DNA of 64,000 nt from Escherichia coli (GCF_003018255.1 NZ_CP027440.1); one strand, 5' to 3'. Counted from the stretch's first letter, positions 1-18,303 are shown. Numbers and translations: made by a program. Notes: a model not told the origin generated them from the letters alone.

Positions 1-3279
<3,279 letters not shown>

Positions 3280-3288
3280 TTTGCAACG

Positions 3289-3376
<88 letters not shown>

Positions 3377-3477
3377 TACCACCGGGCGTATTCTTTTTGA
3401 ATCCCATCACAAACCCCGCACTCCCCTTTTCCCTTTTCTCTGGCGACAGCTAAATTAGAACTCATCCGACCACATAA

Positions 3478-5523
<2,046 letters not shown>

Positions 5524-5536
5524 ATCGTTATTTGAA

Positions 5537-5562
5537 GCGCCGGATGCAACGCATCCGGCACG
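5537..5562. terminator. Palindromic hairpin between convergent fadH and higA
   Basis: gcgccggatgcaacgcatccggcac inverted repeat. Confidence 0.5.
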
Positions 5563-5567
5563 TCGCG

Positions 5568-5984
5568 TTAATCAATAAACAAGGCGGGAGAAATGCCGAA
5601 TCGCGTTGCCAATTTTTTAGCGTGTTCCAGCGTTAATTTCCTCTTCCCGCTCAAAACGCGTGACACCATCGATTTACTGCCAATTTCCGGAAGATCGGAA
5701 AGGGTTAAACCATATTGATCCATAAGGGTACGAATCACAGCTATACCGCCAGGCATGGCTTGCGCCATGGCATTAAATTCAGCAAATTCGGGCGCTGATT
5801 CTTCCCACGCGGTTATTTTGGCACACACCAGATCCAGCAAGGGGTTTTCAGGATCGTTGAGCAGCAGATGATCTACCAGTTCCAGCGCCTGGGTGTATTG
5901 TTCCTCGTTCTGAATACCCGCCAGAAAAGGTGCCACAGCAGTTAACTTTTCTCCTGCTTGCAAGATGTCGGCAATCGCAATCAT
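5568..5984 (-). CDS. higA: Antitoxin HigA (Xre-family HTH)
   Basis: 138-aa ORF; C-terminal HTH region (LTLEHAKKLATRFGISPALF); start overlaps stop of upstream higB remnant (ATGA). Confidence 0.9.
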   Translation of the reverse strand: MIAIADILQAGEKLTAVAPFLAGIQNEEQYTQALELVDHLLLNDPENPLLDLVCAKITAWEESAPEFAEFNAMAQAMPGGIAVIRTLMDQYGLTLSDLPEIGSKSMVSRVLSGKRKLTLEHAKKLATRFGISPALFID

Positions 5985-6060
5985 TTTTTCCCCTTAGTAC
6001 GATGAACGGCGGTAAAGAAATCGTATTCTTTATGCGTCATAACTTCACGTATGTAGCATA
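5981..6060 (-). pseudogene. higB: higB toxin remnant (C-terminal ~26 codons only)
   Basis: Minus-strand translation gives ...CYIREVMTHKEYDFFTAVHRTKGKK* matching the HigB C-terminus as I recall it; upstream sequence diverges into REP-containing DNA. Confidence 0.5.
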
Positions 6061-6152
6061 AACGTAGAAAAACGCTAAACAAGAGAATGTAGAGGATGGT
6101 GACAGGGATTTTTTGTTTTATGGAAGCGCGATTCCAGAACTGGGCAGACATT

Positions 6153-6240
6153 GCCGGATGCGACGCTTGCCGCGTCTTATCCGACCTGGGGGTAATGTGC
6201 TGAACGTATGCCAGATAAGGCGTTTACGCCTTATCTGGCA
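6153..6240. repeat. REP/BIME palindromic repeats
   Basis: gccggatgcgacgcttgccgcgtcttatccgacctgg and gccagataaggcgtttacgccttatctggca. Confidence 0.8.
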
Positions 6241-6254
6241 GGTAGCTGCCAATC

Positions 6255-7391
6255 TTACCGACGACGCCCCAGCTTCACTGCTTTCAGCACCACAAATTTA
6301 TTATTCGTGGCGATGGTGGTGCAGTTGCCGAAAATCTTCTTCAGTTTATGGAAGTAATCCAGGTGACGGTTGGCAACGATATACAGCTCGCCGTTGATTT
6401 TCAGACAGCGGCGGGCGTGGTGGAACATCTCCCAGGCGACGTTATCGGTCAGCGCATGTTGCTGATGAAACGGCGGGTTGCAGAGCACAGCATTAAAACG
6501 GAAAGGCTCCACGCCGGAGAGCGCGTTGTTGATCATAAACTCGCAGCGATCCAACGCCTCTGGCATGTTGGTTTCAACGTTTAAACGGCTGGAAGCAACC
6601 GCCATCGGCGATTCATCGACAAACACCACTTTCGCCTGCGGGTTTTTATCAAGCAGCGTCAGACCAATAACGCCATTACCACAACCGAGATCGACAATCT
6701 CACCTTCGAGATTCTCTGGCAGATGCTGCATAAAGAAGCGCGCGCCAATATCCAGCCCGGTGCGGGAGAAGACATTCGCATGGTTGTGGATAGTCCAGTC
6801 AGTACCTTCCAGTTTCCAGCTAACGGTCTGCGGCGCATCGGCCAACGGCGGCTCGTTGAAAGTACAGTTAATTAAGCGTGCCTTCTTCCATGCCAGCGTG
6901 GTGGTGGTCGGGCCGAGCACTTTTTCGAACAGTTCCAGCGTGGAAGTGTGGATGTCACGGGCTTTGGCACCGGCAATAATACGTGTATCCGGCGTGACCA
7001 CTTTGCGCAGCGCACGCAGTTGTTGTTCCAGCAACGCCAGTGTTTTCGGTACTTTGATCAGTACCACGCCCGGCTGTTGCGGGTAGTCGGCGGTGCTGTC
7101 GAGAAACTTCACGCTCGACTCATCAATCCCGTTGAGGCGTAAATTCTCGCGCGTCGCCAGTTCGCTGATGTATGAGTCGCCAATGCTGTATGGCTTATGT
7201 TCCGCCAGCGCACAACTTAACGCACCAAAGGCATCATTCAGGATCAACACCGGGCCGCGGATTTCTGTGTCGTCCAACTGTTGCAGCAAATATTCATCCG
7301 CCGCTTCCCACGCCTGTAGTGGGTTAACGTCATCCGTCGCCGGAAAACGTTGTAGTGTCAGTGAACGGAAACCGTTGTCTAAGTGGCTCAT
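6255..7391 (-). CDS. rlmG: 23S rRNA (guanine1835-N2)-methyltransferase
   Basis: 378-aa ORF; SAM-methyltransferase motif region ([11 protein letters not shown]). Confidence 0.9.
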   Translation of the reverse strand: MSHLDNGFRSLTLQRFPATDDVNPLQAWEAADEYLLQQLDDTEIRGPVLILNDAFGALSCALAEHKPYSIGDSYISELATRENLRLNGIDESSVKFLDSTADYPQQPGVVLIKVPKTLALLEQQLRALRKVVTPDTRIIAGAKARDIHTSTLELFEKVLGPTTTTLAWKKARLINCTFNEPPLADAPQTVSWKLEGTDWTIHNHANVFSRTGLDIGARFFMQHLPENLEGEIVDLGCGNGVIGLTLLDKNPQAKVVFVDESPMAVASSRLNVETNMPEALDRCEFMINNALSGVEPFRFNAVLCNPPFHQQHALTDNVAWEMFHHARRCLKINGELYIVANRHLDYFHKLKKIFGNCTTIATNNKFVVLKAVKLGRRR

Positions 7392-7475
7392 CGGCCCTCC
7401 TGAATGATAAAATTTCGACGTTGCCCCTGAAAAGGGTGCGTGAGTATACCCTTTTTCTCTTTTTCGTGGGCGGTT

Positions 7476-7979
7476 ATGAGCAATCTTACTTATCTTCAGG
7501 GTTATCCCGAGCAGCTACTTTCCCAGGTGCGAACGCTGATTAACGAACAGCGTCTGGGCGATGTGCTGGCAAAACGCTATCCGGGAACACACGACTACGC
7601 CACCGATAAAGCCCTCTGGCAATATACTCAGGATCTTAAAAATCAGTTTCTGCGCAATGCCCCGCCGATCACTAAAGTGATGTATGACAATAAGATCCAT
7701 GTGCTGAAAAACGCGCTCGGGTTACATACCGCTGTTTCGCGTGTGCAGGGCGGCAAGCTGAAAGCAAAGGCGGAGATCCGCGTCGCTACCGTGTTTCGCA
7801 ACGCGCCGGAACCGTTTTTGCGCATGATCGTGGTGCACGAGTTGGCGCACCTGAAGGAGAAAGAGCATAACAAAGCGTTCTATCAATTGTGCTGCCATAT
7901 GGAGCCGCAGTACCACCAGCTTGAGTTCGACACCCGGCTGTGGCTAACGCAGTTGTCGCTTGGGCAGGACAAAATCTGA
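7476..7979 (+). CDS. ygjP: YgjP-family metal-dependent hydrolase (HExxH)
   Basis: 167 aa from ATG at 7476 (ORF track begins at 7440); HELAHL motif. Confidence 0.8.
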   Translation: MSNLTYLQGYPEQLLSQVRTLINEQRLGDVLAKRYPGTHDYATDKALWQYTQDLKNQFLRNAPPITKVMYDNKIHVLKNALGLHTAVSRVQGGKLKAKAEIRVATVFRNAPEPFLRMIVVHELAHLKEKEHNKAFYQLCCHMEPQYHQLEFDTRLWLTQLSLGQDKI

Positions 7980-8055
7980 AAATGATGTCAGGCGTTATCT
8001 TTTCTTCCTATAGCGCCTAAAATCGACCTCCCCCCTTTCGTTAAGGATAACGACC

Positions 8056-8739
8056 ATGCAGCCCCGCCTTCTTCTCCGTATTTGTTTTTCTCGCCGGACT
8101 CTTAAAATTGGCTGTTTATTGTTGCTTATAGCAGGAGCGACCATTTTTATTGCCGATCGCGTTATGGTCAACACCAGCAAGCAGCTGACCTGGAGCGATG
8201 TCAGCGCAGTTCCGGCGCGTAACGTGGGTTTATTGCTGGGGGCGAGGCCGGGTAATCGCTACTTTACCCGACGTATTGATACCGCAGCAGCGTTGTACCA
8301 CGCCGGAAAAGTGAAATGGCTACTGGTAAGTGGCGATAACGGGCGTAAAAATTACGATGAAGCCTCAGGTATGCAGCAGGCTTTGATCGCTAAAGGCGTA
8401 CCGGCGAAAGTGATCTTCTGCGACTATGCCGGATTCTCAACGCTTGATTCGGTGGTGCGTGCCAAAAAGGTGTTTGGGGAAAACCATATCACCATTATTT
8501 CGCAAGAATTTCATAACCAACGCGCCATCTGGCTGGCAAAACAGTACGGCATCGACGCTATCGGTTTTAACGCGCCAGACCTCAATATGAAGCACGGTTT
8601 TTATACTCAACTGCGGGAGAAACTCGCTCGCGTCGGCGCGGTGATTGACGCAAAAATCCTCCATCGCCAGCCGAAATATCTCGGGCCATCGGTCATGATT
8701 GGGCCGTTTAGTGAGCATGGCTGTCCGGCGCAGAAATAA
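8056..8739 (+). CDS. ygjQ: DUF218/YgjQ-family membrane-anchored protein
   Basis: 227-aa ORF with N-terminal hydrophobic segment. Confidence 0.8.
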   Translation: MQPRLLLRICFSRRTLKIGCLLLLIAGATIFIADRVMVNTSKQLTWSDVSAVPARNVGLLLGARPGNRYFTRRIDTAAALYHAGKVKWLLVSGDNGRKNYDEASGMQQALIAKGVPAKVIFCDYAGFSTLDSVVRAKKVFGENHITIISQEFHNQRAIWLAKQYGIDAIGFNAPDLNMKHGFYTQLREKLARVGAVIDAKILHRQPKYLGPSVMIGPFSEHGCPAQK

Positions 8740-8817
8740 TGCGTATCTGCGCACGTCGAAGATGAAAAAGGCGTGCTACATTGACGGCAGAATCCCTTTA
8801 TGGAGTATCCACGCGTT

Positions 8818-9804
8818 ATGATACGTTTCGCTGTGATTGGTACGAACTGGATCACTCGCCAGTTCGTCGAGGCCGCCCATGAGAGCGGTAAATACAAGTT
8901 AACCGCCGTATATTCCCGCAGCCTTGAACAGGCCCAGCACTTTGCCAATGATTTTTCTGTCGAGCATCTGTTTACGTCGCTGGAAGCGATGGCGGAAAGC
9001 GATGCCATTGACGCGGTGTATATTGCCAGCCCGAATGCCCTGCACTTTTCCCAGACACAACTTTTCCTTAGTCACAAAATTCATGTGATTTGCGAGAAGC
9101 CGCTGGCATCGAATCTGGCGGAAGTGGATGCCGCCATTGCCTGTGCGCGGGAAAATCAGGTGGTGCTGTTTGAGGCATTTAAAACGGCCTACCTGCCGAA
9201 CTTTCATCTGTTGCGCCAGGCGCTGCCGAAAGTCGGCAAACTGCGTAAAGTCTTTTTCAACTATTGCCAGTATTCCTCGCGGTATCAACGTTACCTGGAT
9301 GGTGAGAATCCCAACACCTTTAATCCAGCATTCTCTAACGGTTCAATTATGGATATCGGCTTTTACTGTCTGGCGTCGGCGGTGGCATTATTCGGTGAAC
9401 CGAAAAACGTGCAGGCAACCGCCAGTTTGCTGGCAAGCGGTGTGGATGCCCACGGCGTGGTGGTGATGGATTACGGTGATTTCAGCGTTACGTTGCAGCA
9501 CTCAAAAGTGAGCGATTCTGTCCTGGCAAGCGAGATTCAGGGCGAAGCGGGATCGCTGGTGATTGAAAAACTGTCTGAATGCCAGAAAGTGTGTTTTGTG
9601 CCGCGTGGCAGCCAGATGCAGGATCTGACCCAACCGCAGCATATTAATACCATGCTCTACGAAGCAGAGCTGTTTGCTGAACTGGTGGATGAGCATCTGG
9701 TGGATCATCCAGGGCTGGCGGTCAGTCGCATCACCGCTAAACTGCTGACCGAGATCCGCCGCCAGACTGGGGTGATTTTTCCGGCAGATAGCGTAAAACT
9801 ATAA
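8818..9804 (+). CDS. ygjR: Gfo/Idh/MocA-family NAD(P)-dependent oxidoreductase
   Basis: Start at ATG 8818 (MIRFAVIGTNWIT Rossmann N-terminus); 328 aa. Confidence 0.85.
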   Translation: MIRFAVIGTNWITRQFVEAAHESGKYKLTAVYSRSLEQAQHFANDFSVEHLFTSLEAMAESDAIDAVYIASPNALHFSQTQLFLSHKIHVICEKPLASNLAEVDAAIACARENQVVLFEAFKTAYLPNFHLLRQALPKVGKLRKVFFNYCQYSSRYQRYLDGENPNTFNPAFSNGSIMDIGFYCLASAVALFGEPKNVQATASLLASGVDAHGVVVMDYGDFSVTLQHSKVSDSVLASEIQGEAGSLVIEKLSECQKVCFVPRGSQMQDLTQPQHINTMLYEAELFAELVDEHLVDHPGLAVSRITAKLLTEIRRQTGVIFPADSVKL

Positions 9805-9859
9805 TTGCCAAAGTAAAACAGTGTAAAAGGTATGTAACAGACCATTGACTGACTGAATG

Positions 9860-10086
9860 GTCTGTCATACTTTGTTACCTGCAAAGGGGAGTAACTTCAT
9901 TGCCGGTCGATCGTCATTACGATGTGTGAAAAACCACATCCGGTCACCGGGCAACCCGAAAGGAATACGCAGACGTATTCCTTTTTTGTTGTAAGTGAGA
10001 CCTTGCCGGAAGGCGAGGTCTATGCATAAAAAGCAGCGGCTGACGTCTTCCGACGTTGGCCGTTTTTTTATGTGTAAGGAACTTCT
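9860..10086 (+). ncRNA. alx 5' leader: yybP-ykoY-type (Mn2+/pH-responsive) riboswitch region
   Basis: aaaggggagta motif at 9883-9893 and hairpin plus T-run ggaatacgcagacgtattcctttttt upstream of alx; E. coli alx is known to carry this leader. Confidence 0.55.
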
Positions 10087-11052
10087 ATGAATACTGTCGG
10101 CACGCCGTTGCTATGGGGCGGATTCGCTGTTGTTGTCACCATTATGCTGGCTATCGACCTGTTGTTGCAGGGGCGTCGTGGGGCACATGCCATGACCATG
10201 AAACAGGCTGCGGCCTGGTCGCTGGTCTGGGTGACGCTGTCGTTACTGTTTAACGCCGCTTTCTGGTGGTATCTGGTGCAAACCGAAGGTCGCGCCGTTG
10301 CCGATCCACAGGCACTGGCCTTTCTCACGGGTTATCTGATTGAGAAATCGCTGGCGGTCGATAACGTCTTTGTCTGGCTGATGTTGTTCAGCTATTTCTC
10401 TGTTCCGGCGGCATTACAACGCCGCGTGCTGGTGTATGGCGTGCTCGGGGCGATTGTTCTGCGTACCATCATGATCTTCACTGGCAGCTGGCTGATTTCA
10501 CAGTTCGACTGGATCCTGTATATCTTCGGTGCCTTCCTGCTGTTTACCGGCGTGAAGATGGCGCTCGCCCATGAAGATGAATCAGGCATTGGCGACAAGC
10601 CGCTGGTGCGCTGGCTGCGCGGTCATTTGCGCATGACCGACACCATCGACAACGAGCATTTCTTTGTGCGTAAAAATGGTTTGTTGTATGCCACGCCGCT
10701 GATGCTGGTGCTGATTCTGGTGGAGTTGAGCGACGTGATTTTCGCCGTGGATAGTATTCCGGCTATCTTCGCCGTAACCACCGATCCGTTTATTGTGCTG
10801 ACCTCAAACCTGTTTGCGATCCTCGGCCTGCGTGCGATGTATTTCCTGCTGGCAGGTGTGGCAGAGCGTTTCTCGATGCTCAAATATGGTCTGGCGGTGA
10901 TTCTGGTGTTTATCGGTATCAAGATGCTGATTGTCGACTTCTACCATATTCCGATCGCCGTCTCGCTGGGCGTGGTGTTTGGCATTCTGGTGATGACGTT
11001 TATTATCAACGCCTGGGTGAATTATCGGCATGATAAGCAGCGGGGAGAATGA
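10087..11052 (+). CDS. alx: TerC-family membrane protein Alx (putative Mn2+ exporter)
   Basis: 321-aa polytopic membrane ORF. Confidence 0.9.
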   Translation: MNTVGTPLLWGGFAVVVTIMLAIDLLLQGRRGAHAMTMKQAAAWSLVWVTLSLLFNAAFWWYLVQTEGRAVADPQALAFLTGYLIEKSLAVDNVFVWLMLFSYFSVPAALQRRVLVYGVLGAIVLRTIMIFTGSWLISQFDWILYIFGAFLLFTGVKMALAHEDESGIGDKPLVRWLRGHLRMTDTIDNEHFFVRKNGLLYATPLMLVLILVELSDVIFAVDSIPAIFAVTTDPFIVLTSNLFAILGLRAMYFLLAGVAERFSMLKYGLAVILVFIGIKMLIVDFYHIPIAVSLGVVFGILVMTFIINAWVNYRHDKQRGE

Positions 11053-11144
11053 TTCGCTGTATATTAAGCCATTACTAGAGATAACTCATTCCAGACAAAG
11101 GTGAGCTATTAATTATGTAATCGGCTTATAGCTCTTTACAAAAA

Positions 11145-11390
11145 GACCGCACGGGTGTTGGTGGCGTCAAAATCGCCGAAGCGTTCCCTGGAGGCCGGGG
11201 CGACGCGCATGGATGCGCGGCGAGGGCGCATCTTACAGGGACGTTCCCTTGCGCCCGACCCGGTAGCCGCAAGGGATAAGCTGAGGGAACCGCGCAGCGG
11301 CGATTTTGTTCGCCAGAGCCTGGGGGTGCAGGGGGCGGCGGCGATTGGCCGCCCCCTGCGCGCTCCCTGCGCCAGTGGCTTTATATGGCA
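11145..11390. repeat. GC-rich palindromic intergenic element of unknown identity
   Basis: Inverted arms ggcgtcaaaatcgccgaagcg / cgcagcggcgattttgttcgcc; internal palindromes gcgcatggatgcgc and gttccctg...cagggacgttccc; local GC far above flanks. Confidence 0.4.
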
Positions 11391-11667
11391 TAGCACATTA
11401 AAGGAGCGCAACCGTTCTCATATTCCAAATAGTTTTGCCCATATGTTATCTAATCAGCCTTAGTAGCCAGTCCTTCCCTCTGTTTATGTCAAATAAATGT
11501 AACCATTAAGTTGCAAAATATGACCTCTCTTTAAAATCCAGCATTTTTCGCTTCCCGAAGCTGTAACTTTCCTTATACTCGACCTTGCAAACACTTTGTT
11601 ACATCCTGAAAGATGCGTCGACAGAACGCACCAAGGATGTGCGACAACACAATGAAAGGATCGAAAA

Positions 11668-12912
11668 ATGACTACGCAACGTTCACCGGGGCTATTCCGG
11701 CGTCTGGCTCATGGCAGCCTGGTAAAACAAATCCTGGTCGGCCTTGTTCTGGGGATTCTTCTGGCATGGATCTCAAAACCCGCGGCGGAAGCTGTTGGTC
11801 TGTTAGGTACTTTGTTCGTCGGCGCACTGAAAGCCGTTGCCCCCATCCTGGTGTTGATGCTGGTAATGGCATCTATTGCTAACCACCAGCACGGGCAGAA
11901 AACCAATATCCGCCCTATTTTGTTCCTCTATCTGCTGGGCACCTTCTCTGCTGCTCTGGCCGCAGTAATCTTCAGTTTTGCCTTCCCTTCTACCCTGCAC
12001 TTGTCCAGTAGCGCGGGTGATATTTCGCCGCCGTCAGGCATTGTAGAAGTAATGCGCGGGCTGGTAATGAGCATGGTTTCCAACCCCATTGACGCGCTGC
12101 TAAAAGGTAACTATATCGGGATCCTGGTGTGGGCAATTGGCCTCGGTTTCGCACTGCGTCACGGTAACGAGACCACCAAAAACCTGGTCAACGATATGTC
12201 GAATGCCGTCACCTTTATGGTGAAACTGGTGATTCGCTTCGCACCGATCGGTATTTTTGGTCTGGTTTCTTCTACCCTGGCAACCACCGGTTTCTCCACG
12301 CTGTGGGGCTACGCGCAACTGCTGGTCGTGCTGGTTGGCTGTATGCTGCTGGTGGCGCTGGTGGTTAACCCATTGCTGGTGTGGTGGAAAATTCGTCGTA
12401 ACCCGTTCCCGCTGGTGCTGCTGTGCCTGCGTGAAAGCGGTGTGTATGCCTTCTTCACCCGCAGCTCTGCAGCGAACATTCCGGTGAATATGGCGCTGTG
12501 TGAAAAGCTGAATCTGGATCGCGATACCTATTCTGTTTCTATTCCGCTGGGAGCCACCATCAATATGGCGGGCGCAGCAATCACCATTACCGTGTTGACG
12601 CTGGCTGCGGTTAATACGCTGGGTATTCCGGTCGATCTGCCCACAGCGCTGCTGTTGAGCGTAGTGGCTTCTCTGTGTGCCTGTGGCGCATCCGGCGTGG
12701 CGGGGGGGTCTCTGCTGCTGATCCCACTGGCCTGTAATATGTTCGGTATTTCGAACGATATCGCCATGCAGGTGGTTGCCGTCGGCTTTATCATCGGCGT
12801 ATTGCAGGACTCTTGCGAAACCGCGCTGAACTCTTCAACTGACGTGCTGTTCACTGCGGCAGCTTGCCAGGCGGAAGACGATCGTCTGGCAAATAGCGCC
12901 CTGCGTAATTAA
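11668..12912 (+). CDS. sstT: Serine/threonine:Na+ symporter
   Basis: 414-aa ORF, recognised SstT sequence. Confidence 0.95.
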   Translation: MTTQRSPGLFRRLAHGSLVKQILVGLVLGILLAWISKPAAEAVGLLGTLFVGALKAVAPILVLMLVMASIANHQHGQKTNIRPILFLYLLGTFSAALAAVIFSFAFPSTLHLSSSAGDISPPSGIVEVMRGLVMSMVSNPIDALLKGNYIGILVWAIGLGFALRHGNETTKNLVNDMSNAVTFMVKLVIRFAPIGIFGLVSSTLATTGFSTLWGYAQLLVVLVGCMLLVALVVNPLLVWWKIRRNPFPLVLLCLRESGVYAFFTRSSAANIPVNMALCEKLNLDRDTYSVSIPLGATINMAGAAITITVLTLAAVNTLGIPVDLPTALLLSVVASLCACGASGVAGGSLLLIPLACNMFGISNDIAMQVVAVGFIIGVLQDSCETALNSSTDVLFTAAACQAEDDRLANSALRN

Positions 12913-12916
12913 TTGT

Positions 12917-13468
12917 TTAACCCCTTTCGTCTATGGCGGGAGGGGTTTTCTCTACTTTAAACGGATCAATTCCCCTTTTCTGCATCCGCCAGAAACGAAT
13001 GATATTCAGACCATTCATCAGCAGAAAACTCCCCTCAATCATCGTGCCGCCTATCGACCCCGCCCAGAAGTTGTGAATCACCCAGCAACACGTTGAAAAC
13101 CACATTACGCAGCGCATGGTCAGCCCTTTACAGCGGAACAGCGCCCAGGTACTGACAATCGTGCCGATTACCGGCAGTAGTTCGACAGGATGATGGAACT
13201 TCGCGAGGCCAATTCCGCCAGTCAGCACAATAAAAATCGCCATTACCCATAAGCTGCGCGTGCGTAAAGTAATCAGCGTACGAATGGCATTAAGGATGGC
13301 ACTGGCACCGGCGGGATAGGTGCCCAGAAGAAAAAAATGTACGCCAATAACGGCGCTATAGACCGAAAGCTGCTTTTTAAAGCGGCGTTCGTCACGGTTG
13401 AAAAATGTTGTGATACCAATCAGAAAGGCGATGACACCCACGCCCTGGGCCAGCCAATACGCGGTCAT
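12917..13468 (-). CDS. ygjV: Inner membrane protein YgjV
   Basis: 183-aa hydrophobic ORF. Confidence 0.85.
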   Translation of the reverse strand: MTAYWLAQGVGVIAFLIGITTFFNRDERRFKKQLSVYSAVIGVHFFLLGTYPAGASAILNAIRTLITLRTRSLWVMAIFIVLTGGIGLAKFHHPVELLPVIGTIVSTWALFRCKGLTMRCVMWFSTCCWVIHNFWAGSIGGTMIEGSFLLMNGLNIIRFWRMQKRGIDPFKVEKTPPAIDERG

Positions 13469-13550
13469 GATAAATCCTTAGCAGGTCTGGAAAAGCAAAC
13501 GGCGCTTCACATTATGAAACGCCGTTTTTTATTAACAACTCATTTCGACT

Positions 13551-15038
13551 TTATAGCGTTACGCCGCTTTTGAAGATCGCCAGTTCGCGGAAGTCGTTAC
13601 GCTCGTTACAGGTTTGCTTACCGTTGGCAAACTCAACGATGGTATCGATGAATTCTTCCAGCAACTGCGGCATCGCTTTACCGTGGATCAGCTGACCCGC
13701 GTCAAAGTCGATCCAGTGTTTTTTCTTCGCCGCCAGTTCACTGTTGGTGGCGATTTTCACCGTCGGCACAAATCCACCATACGGCGTGCCACGACCAGTA
13801 CTGAACAGCACCATATGGCAGCCCGCACCCGCCAGGGCGCTGGTCGCTACGGCATCGTTACCCGGCGCACTTAACAAGTTCAGCCCCGGCGTTTTCAGAC
13901 GCTCGCCGTAACGCAGCACGTCAACCACGACACTGGAACCCGCTTTCTGGGTACAGCCAAGCGATTTATCTTCCAGCGTGGTGATACCGCCTGCTTTGTT
14001 CCCCGGTGATGGGTTTTCGTAGATCGGCTGGTCATGGGCAATAAAGTACTGCTTGAAGTCGTTGACCATGGTGACCAGTTTTTCAAACGTTGCTTCGTCG
14101 CGGCAATGGTCCATCAGCAACTGCTCTGCGCCAAACATCTCCGGCACTTCGGTCAGTACGGTAGTACCACCGTTAGCAATCACGTAGTCAGAGAAACGCC
14201 CCAGCATCGGGTTAGCAGTAATACCAGAAAGACCGTCAGAACCACCGCACTCCAGACCAAACTTCAGTTCGCTGAGTTTGCCTGGCTCGCGTTTATCGTT
14301 GCGCATCACGTTATACAGCTGATGCAAATGCGCGATCCCGGCTTCGATCTCATCATCCTGCTGTTGGCAGATCATGAAATGAACGCGTTCAGGATCGATA
14401 TCGCCCAGCGTTTCACGGAATGCGGCAACCTGGTTGTTTTCACAGCCCAGACCAATCACCAGCACTGCGCCTGCGTTCGGGTGGCGCACCATGTTTTGCA
14501 GCATGGTGCGGGTATTGATGTGATCGTCGCCCAGCTGTGAGCAGCCGTAGGTGTGGCTGAAGAGGAACACGCCGTCAGTACCTTCGGCGTTGTTGGTCTC
14601 TTTCAGGAAACGATTTTGGATCTGCCGCGCGATGCCGTTGACACAGCCCACGGTTGGCAGGATCCACAGCTCATTACGCACCCCGACATCGCCGTTAGCG
14701 CGACGATAGATCTGCACTTCACGATCTGCCGCTTGCGCAGGCAGATCCTGAAAATCAGGTTGATAGCGATACTGATCCAGATCGCTCAGATTCGTGCGCG
14801 TATTGTGGGCGTGGACGTATTCCCCCGCCGCAATATCCGCCAATGCATAACCAATCGGCAGGCCATATTTGATGACGTTGGCCCCTTTTGCGATATCCGT
14901 TAACGCAAATTTATGTCCACGAGCAACATCCTGGCGCAGCGTAACAGTCTGGTTATCGACACTGACTTCTGTGCCTTCAGCCAAATCTGCTAAAGCGACC
15001 GCGACGTTATCCAGCGCATGGATCTTGATGTATTGCAT
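13551..15038 (-). CDS. uxaA: Altronate dehydratase
   Basis: 495-aa ORF. Confidence 0.95.
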   Translation of the reverse strand: MQYIKIHALDNVAVALADLAEGTEVSVDNQTVTLRQDVARGHKFALTDIAKGANVIKYGLPIGYALADIAAGEYVHAHNTRTNLSDLDQYRYQPDFQDLPAQAADREVQIYRRANGDVGVRNELWILPTVGCVNGIARQIQNRFLKETNNAEGTDGVFLFSHTYGCSQLGDDHINTRTMLQNMVRHPNAGAVLVIGLGCENNQVAAFRETLGDIDPERVHFMICQQQDDEIEAGIAHLHQLYNVMRNDKREPGKLSELKFGLECGGSDGLSGITANPMLGRFSDYVIANGGTTVLTEVPEMFGAEQLLMDHCRDEATFEKLVTMVNDFKQYFIAHDQPIYENPSPGNKAGGITTLEDKSLGCTQKAGSSVVVDVLRYGERLKTPGLNLLSAPGNDAVATSALAGAGCHMVLFSTGRGTPYGGFVPTVKIATNSELAAKKKHWIDFDAGQLIHGKAMPQLLEEFIDTIVEFANGKQTCNERNDFRELAIFKSGVTL

Positions 15039-15052
15039 ATCAACCCCAGACC

Positions 15053-16948
<1,896 letters not shown>

Positions 16949-18247
16949 ATGCGTAAAATTAAAGGGTTACGTTGGTATATGATCGCACTGGTGACGCTCG
17001 GCACCGTGCTTGGTTACCTGACGCGTAACACTGTGGCGGCAGCTGCGCCAACTCTGATGGAAGAGTTAAACATCTCCACCCAACAGTATTCCTATATCAT
17101 CGCAGCCTATTCTGCTGCTTATACGGTCATGCAACCGGTAGCGGGCTATGTACTGGATGTGCTGGGTACGAAAATCGGTTATGCAATGTTTGCTGTGCTG
17201 TGGGCCGTGTTCTGTGGTGCAACCGCGCTGGCAGGTAGCTGGGGCGGCCTGGCTGTTGCTCGTGGTGCGGTCGGTGCCGCGGAAGCCGCGATGATTCCGG
17301 CGGGTCTGAAAGCCAGCTCCGAATGGTTCCCGGCGAAAGAGCGTTCCATCGCGGTAGGTTACTTTAACGTAGGTTCTTCGATTGGTGCGATGATTGCGCC
17401 GCCGCTGGTGGTATGGGCAATCGTGATGCACAGCTGGCAGATGGCATTTATCATCTCCGGTGCGTTGAGCTTTATCTGGGCGATGGCATGGCTGATTTTC
17501 TATAAACATCCGCGCGACCAGAAACATCTGACCGATGAAGAACGCGACTACATTATTAATGGTCAGGAAGCCCAGCACCAGGTTGACACAGCGAAGAAAA
17601 TGTCCGTTGGTCAGATCCTGCGTAACCGTCAGTTCTGGGGTATCGCGCTGCCGCGCTTCCTGGCAGAACCGGCATGGGGTACTTTTAACGCGTGGATCCC
17701 GCTGTTCATGTTTAAAGTTTACGGCTTTAACCTGAAAGAGATCGCGATGTTTGCCTGGATGCCGATGCTGTTTGCTGACCTCGGTTGTATCCTCGGTGGT
17801 TACCTGCCACCACTGTTCCAGCGTTGGTTTGGTGTGAACCTGATCGTTTCCCGTAAGATGGTCGTAACGCTGGGTGCGGTGCTGATGATTGGCCCGGGTA
17901 TGATCGGTCTGTTCACCAACCCGTATGTCGCGATTATGCTGCTGTGTATCGGTGGTTTTGCTCACCAGGCACTGTCTGGCGCACTGATTACGCTCTCGTC
18001 TGACGTGTTCGGTCGTAACGAAGTGGCGACGGCGAACGGTTTAACCGGGATGTCCGCATGGCTGGCAAGTACGCTGTTTGCACTGGTAGTCGGTGCACTG
18101 GCTGACACCATCGGCTTCAGCCCGCTGTTCGCAGTTCTGGCAGTGTTCGACCTGTTAGGTGCGCTGGTTATCTGGACCGTGTTGCAGAACAAACCGGCGA
18201 TTGAGGTGGCGCAGGAATCACATAACGATCCCGCACCGCAACATTAA
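16949..18247 (+). CDS. exuT: Hexuronate transporter (MFS)
   Basis: 432 aa from ATG 16949 (MRKIKGLRWYMIALV...); ORF track has N-terminal extension from 16781. Confidence 0.9.
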   Translation: MRKIKGLRWYMIALVTLGTVLGYLTRNTVAAAAPTLMEELNISTQQYSYIIAAYSAAYTVMQPVAGYVLDVLGTKIGYAMFAVLWAVFCGATALAGSWGGLAVARGAVGAAEAAMIPAGLKASSEWFPAKERSIAVGYFNVGSSIGAMIAPPLVVWAIVMHSWQMAFIISGALSFIWAMAWLIFYKHPRDQKHLTDEERDYIINGQEAQHQVDTAKKMSVGQILRNRQFWGIALPRFLAEPAWGTFNAWIPLFMFKVYGFNLKEIAMFAWMPMLFADLGCILGGYLPPLFQRWFGVNLIVSRKMVVTLGAVLMIGPGMIGLFTNPYVAIMLLCIGGFAHQALSGALITLSSDVFGRNEVATANGLTGMSAWLASTLFALVVGALADTIGFSPLFAVLAVFDLLGALVIWTVLQNKPAIEVAQESHNDPAPQH

Positions 18248-18276
18248 GGCTTCGTGTAAGTTTTAGTTTCCCTTCA

Positions 18277-18303
18277 AAGCCGCCTTCTCAGGCGGCTTTT
18301 TCA
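18277..18303 (+). terminator. Rho-independent terminator after exuT
   Basis: aaagccgccttctcaggcggcttttt hairpin plus T-run. Confidence 0.7.

Noticed and set aside
6113-6397. 94-aa plus-strand ORF between higA and rlmG
   Set aside because: It reads through REP palindromes and overlaps the rlmG 3' end antisense
11155-11463. 102-aa Arg-rich ORF over the GC-rich element
   Set aside because: Its composition is driven by the GC-rich palindromes; more likely non-coding repeat or structured DNA
17066-17965. 299-aa minus-strand ORF inside exuT
   Set aside because: It lies antisense to a well-supported transporter gene and has an Arg/His/Thr-rich low-complexity composition typical of shadow ORFs
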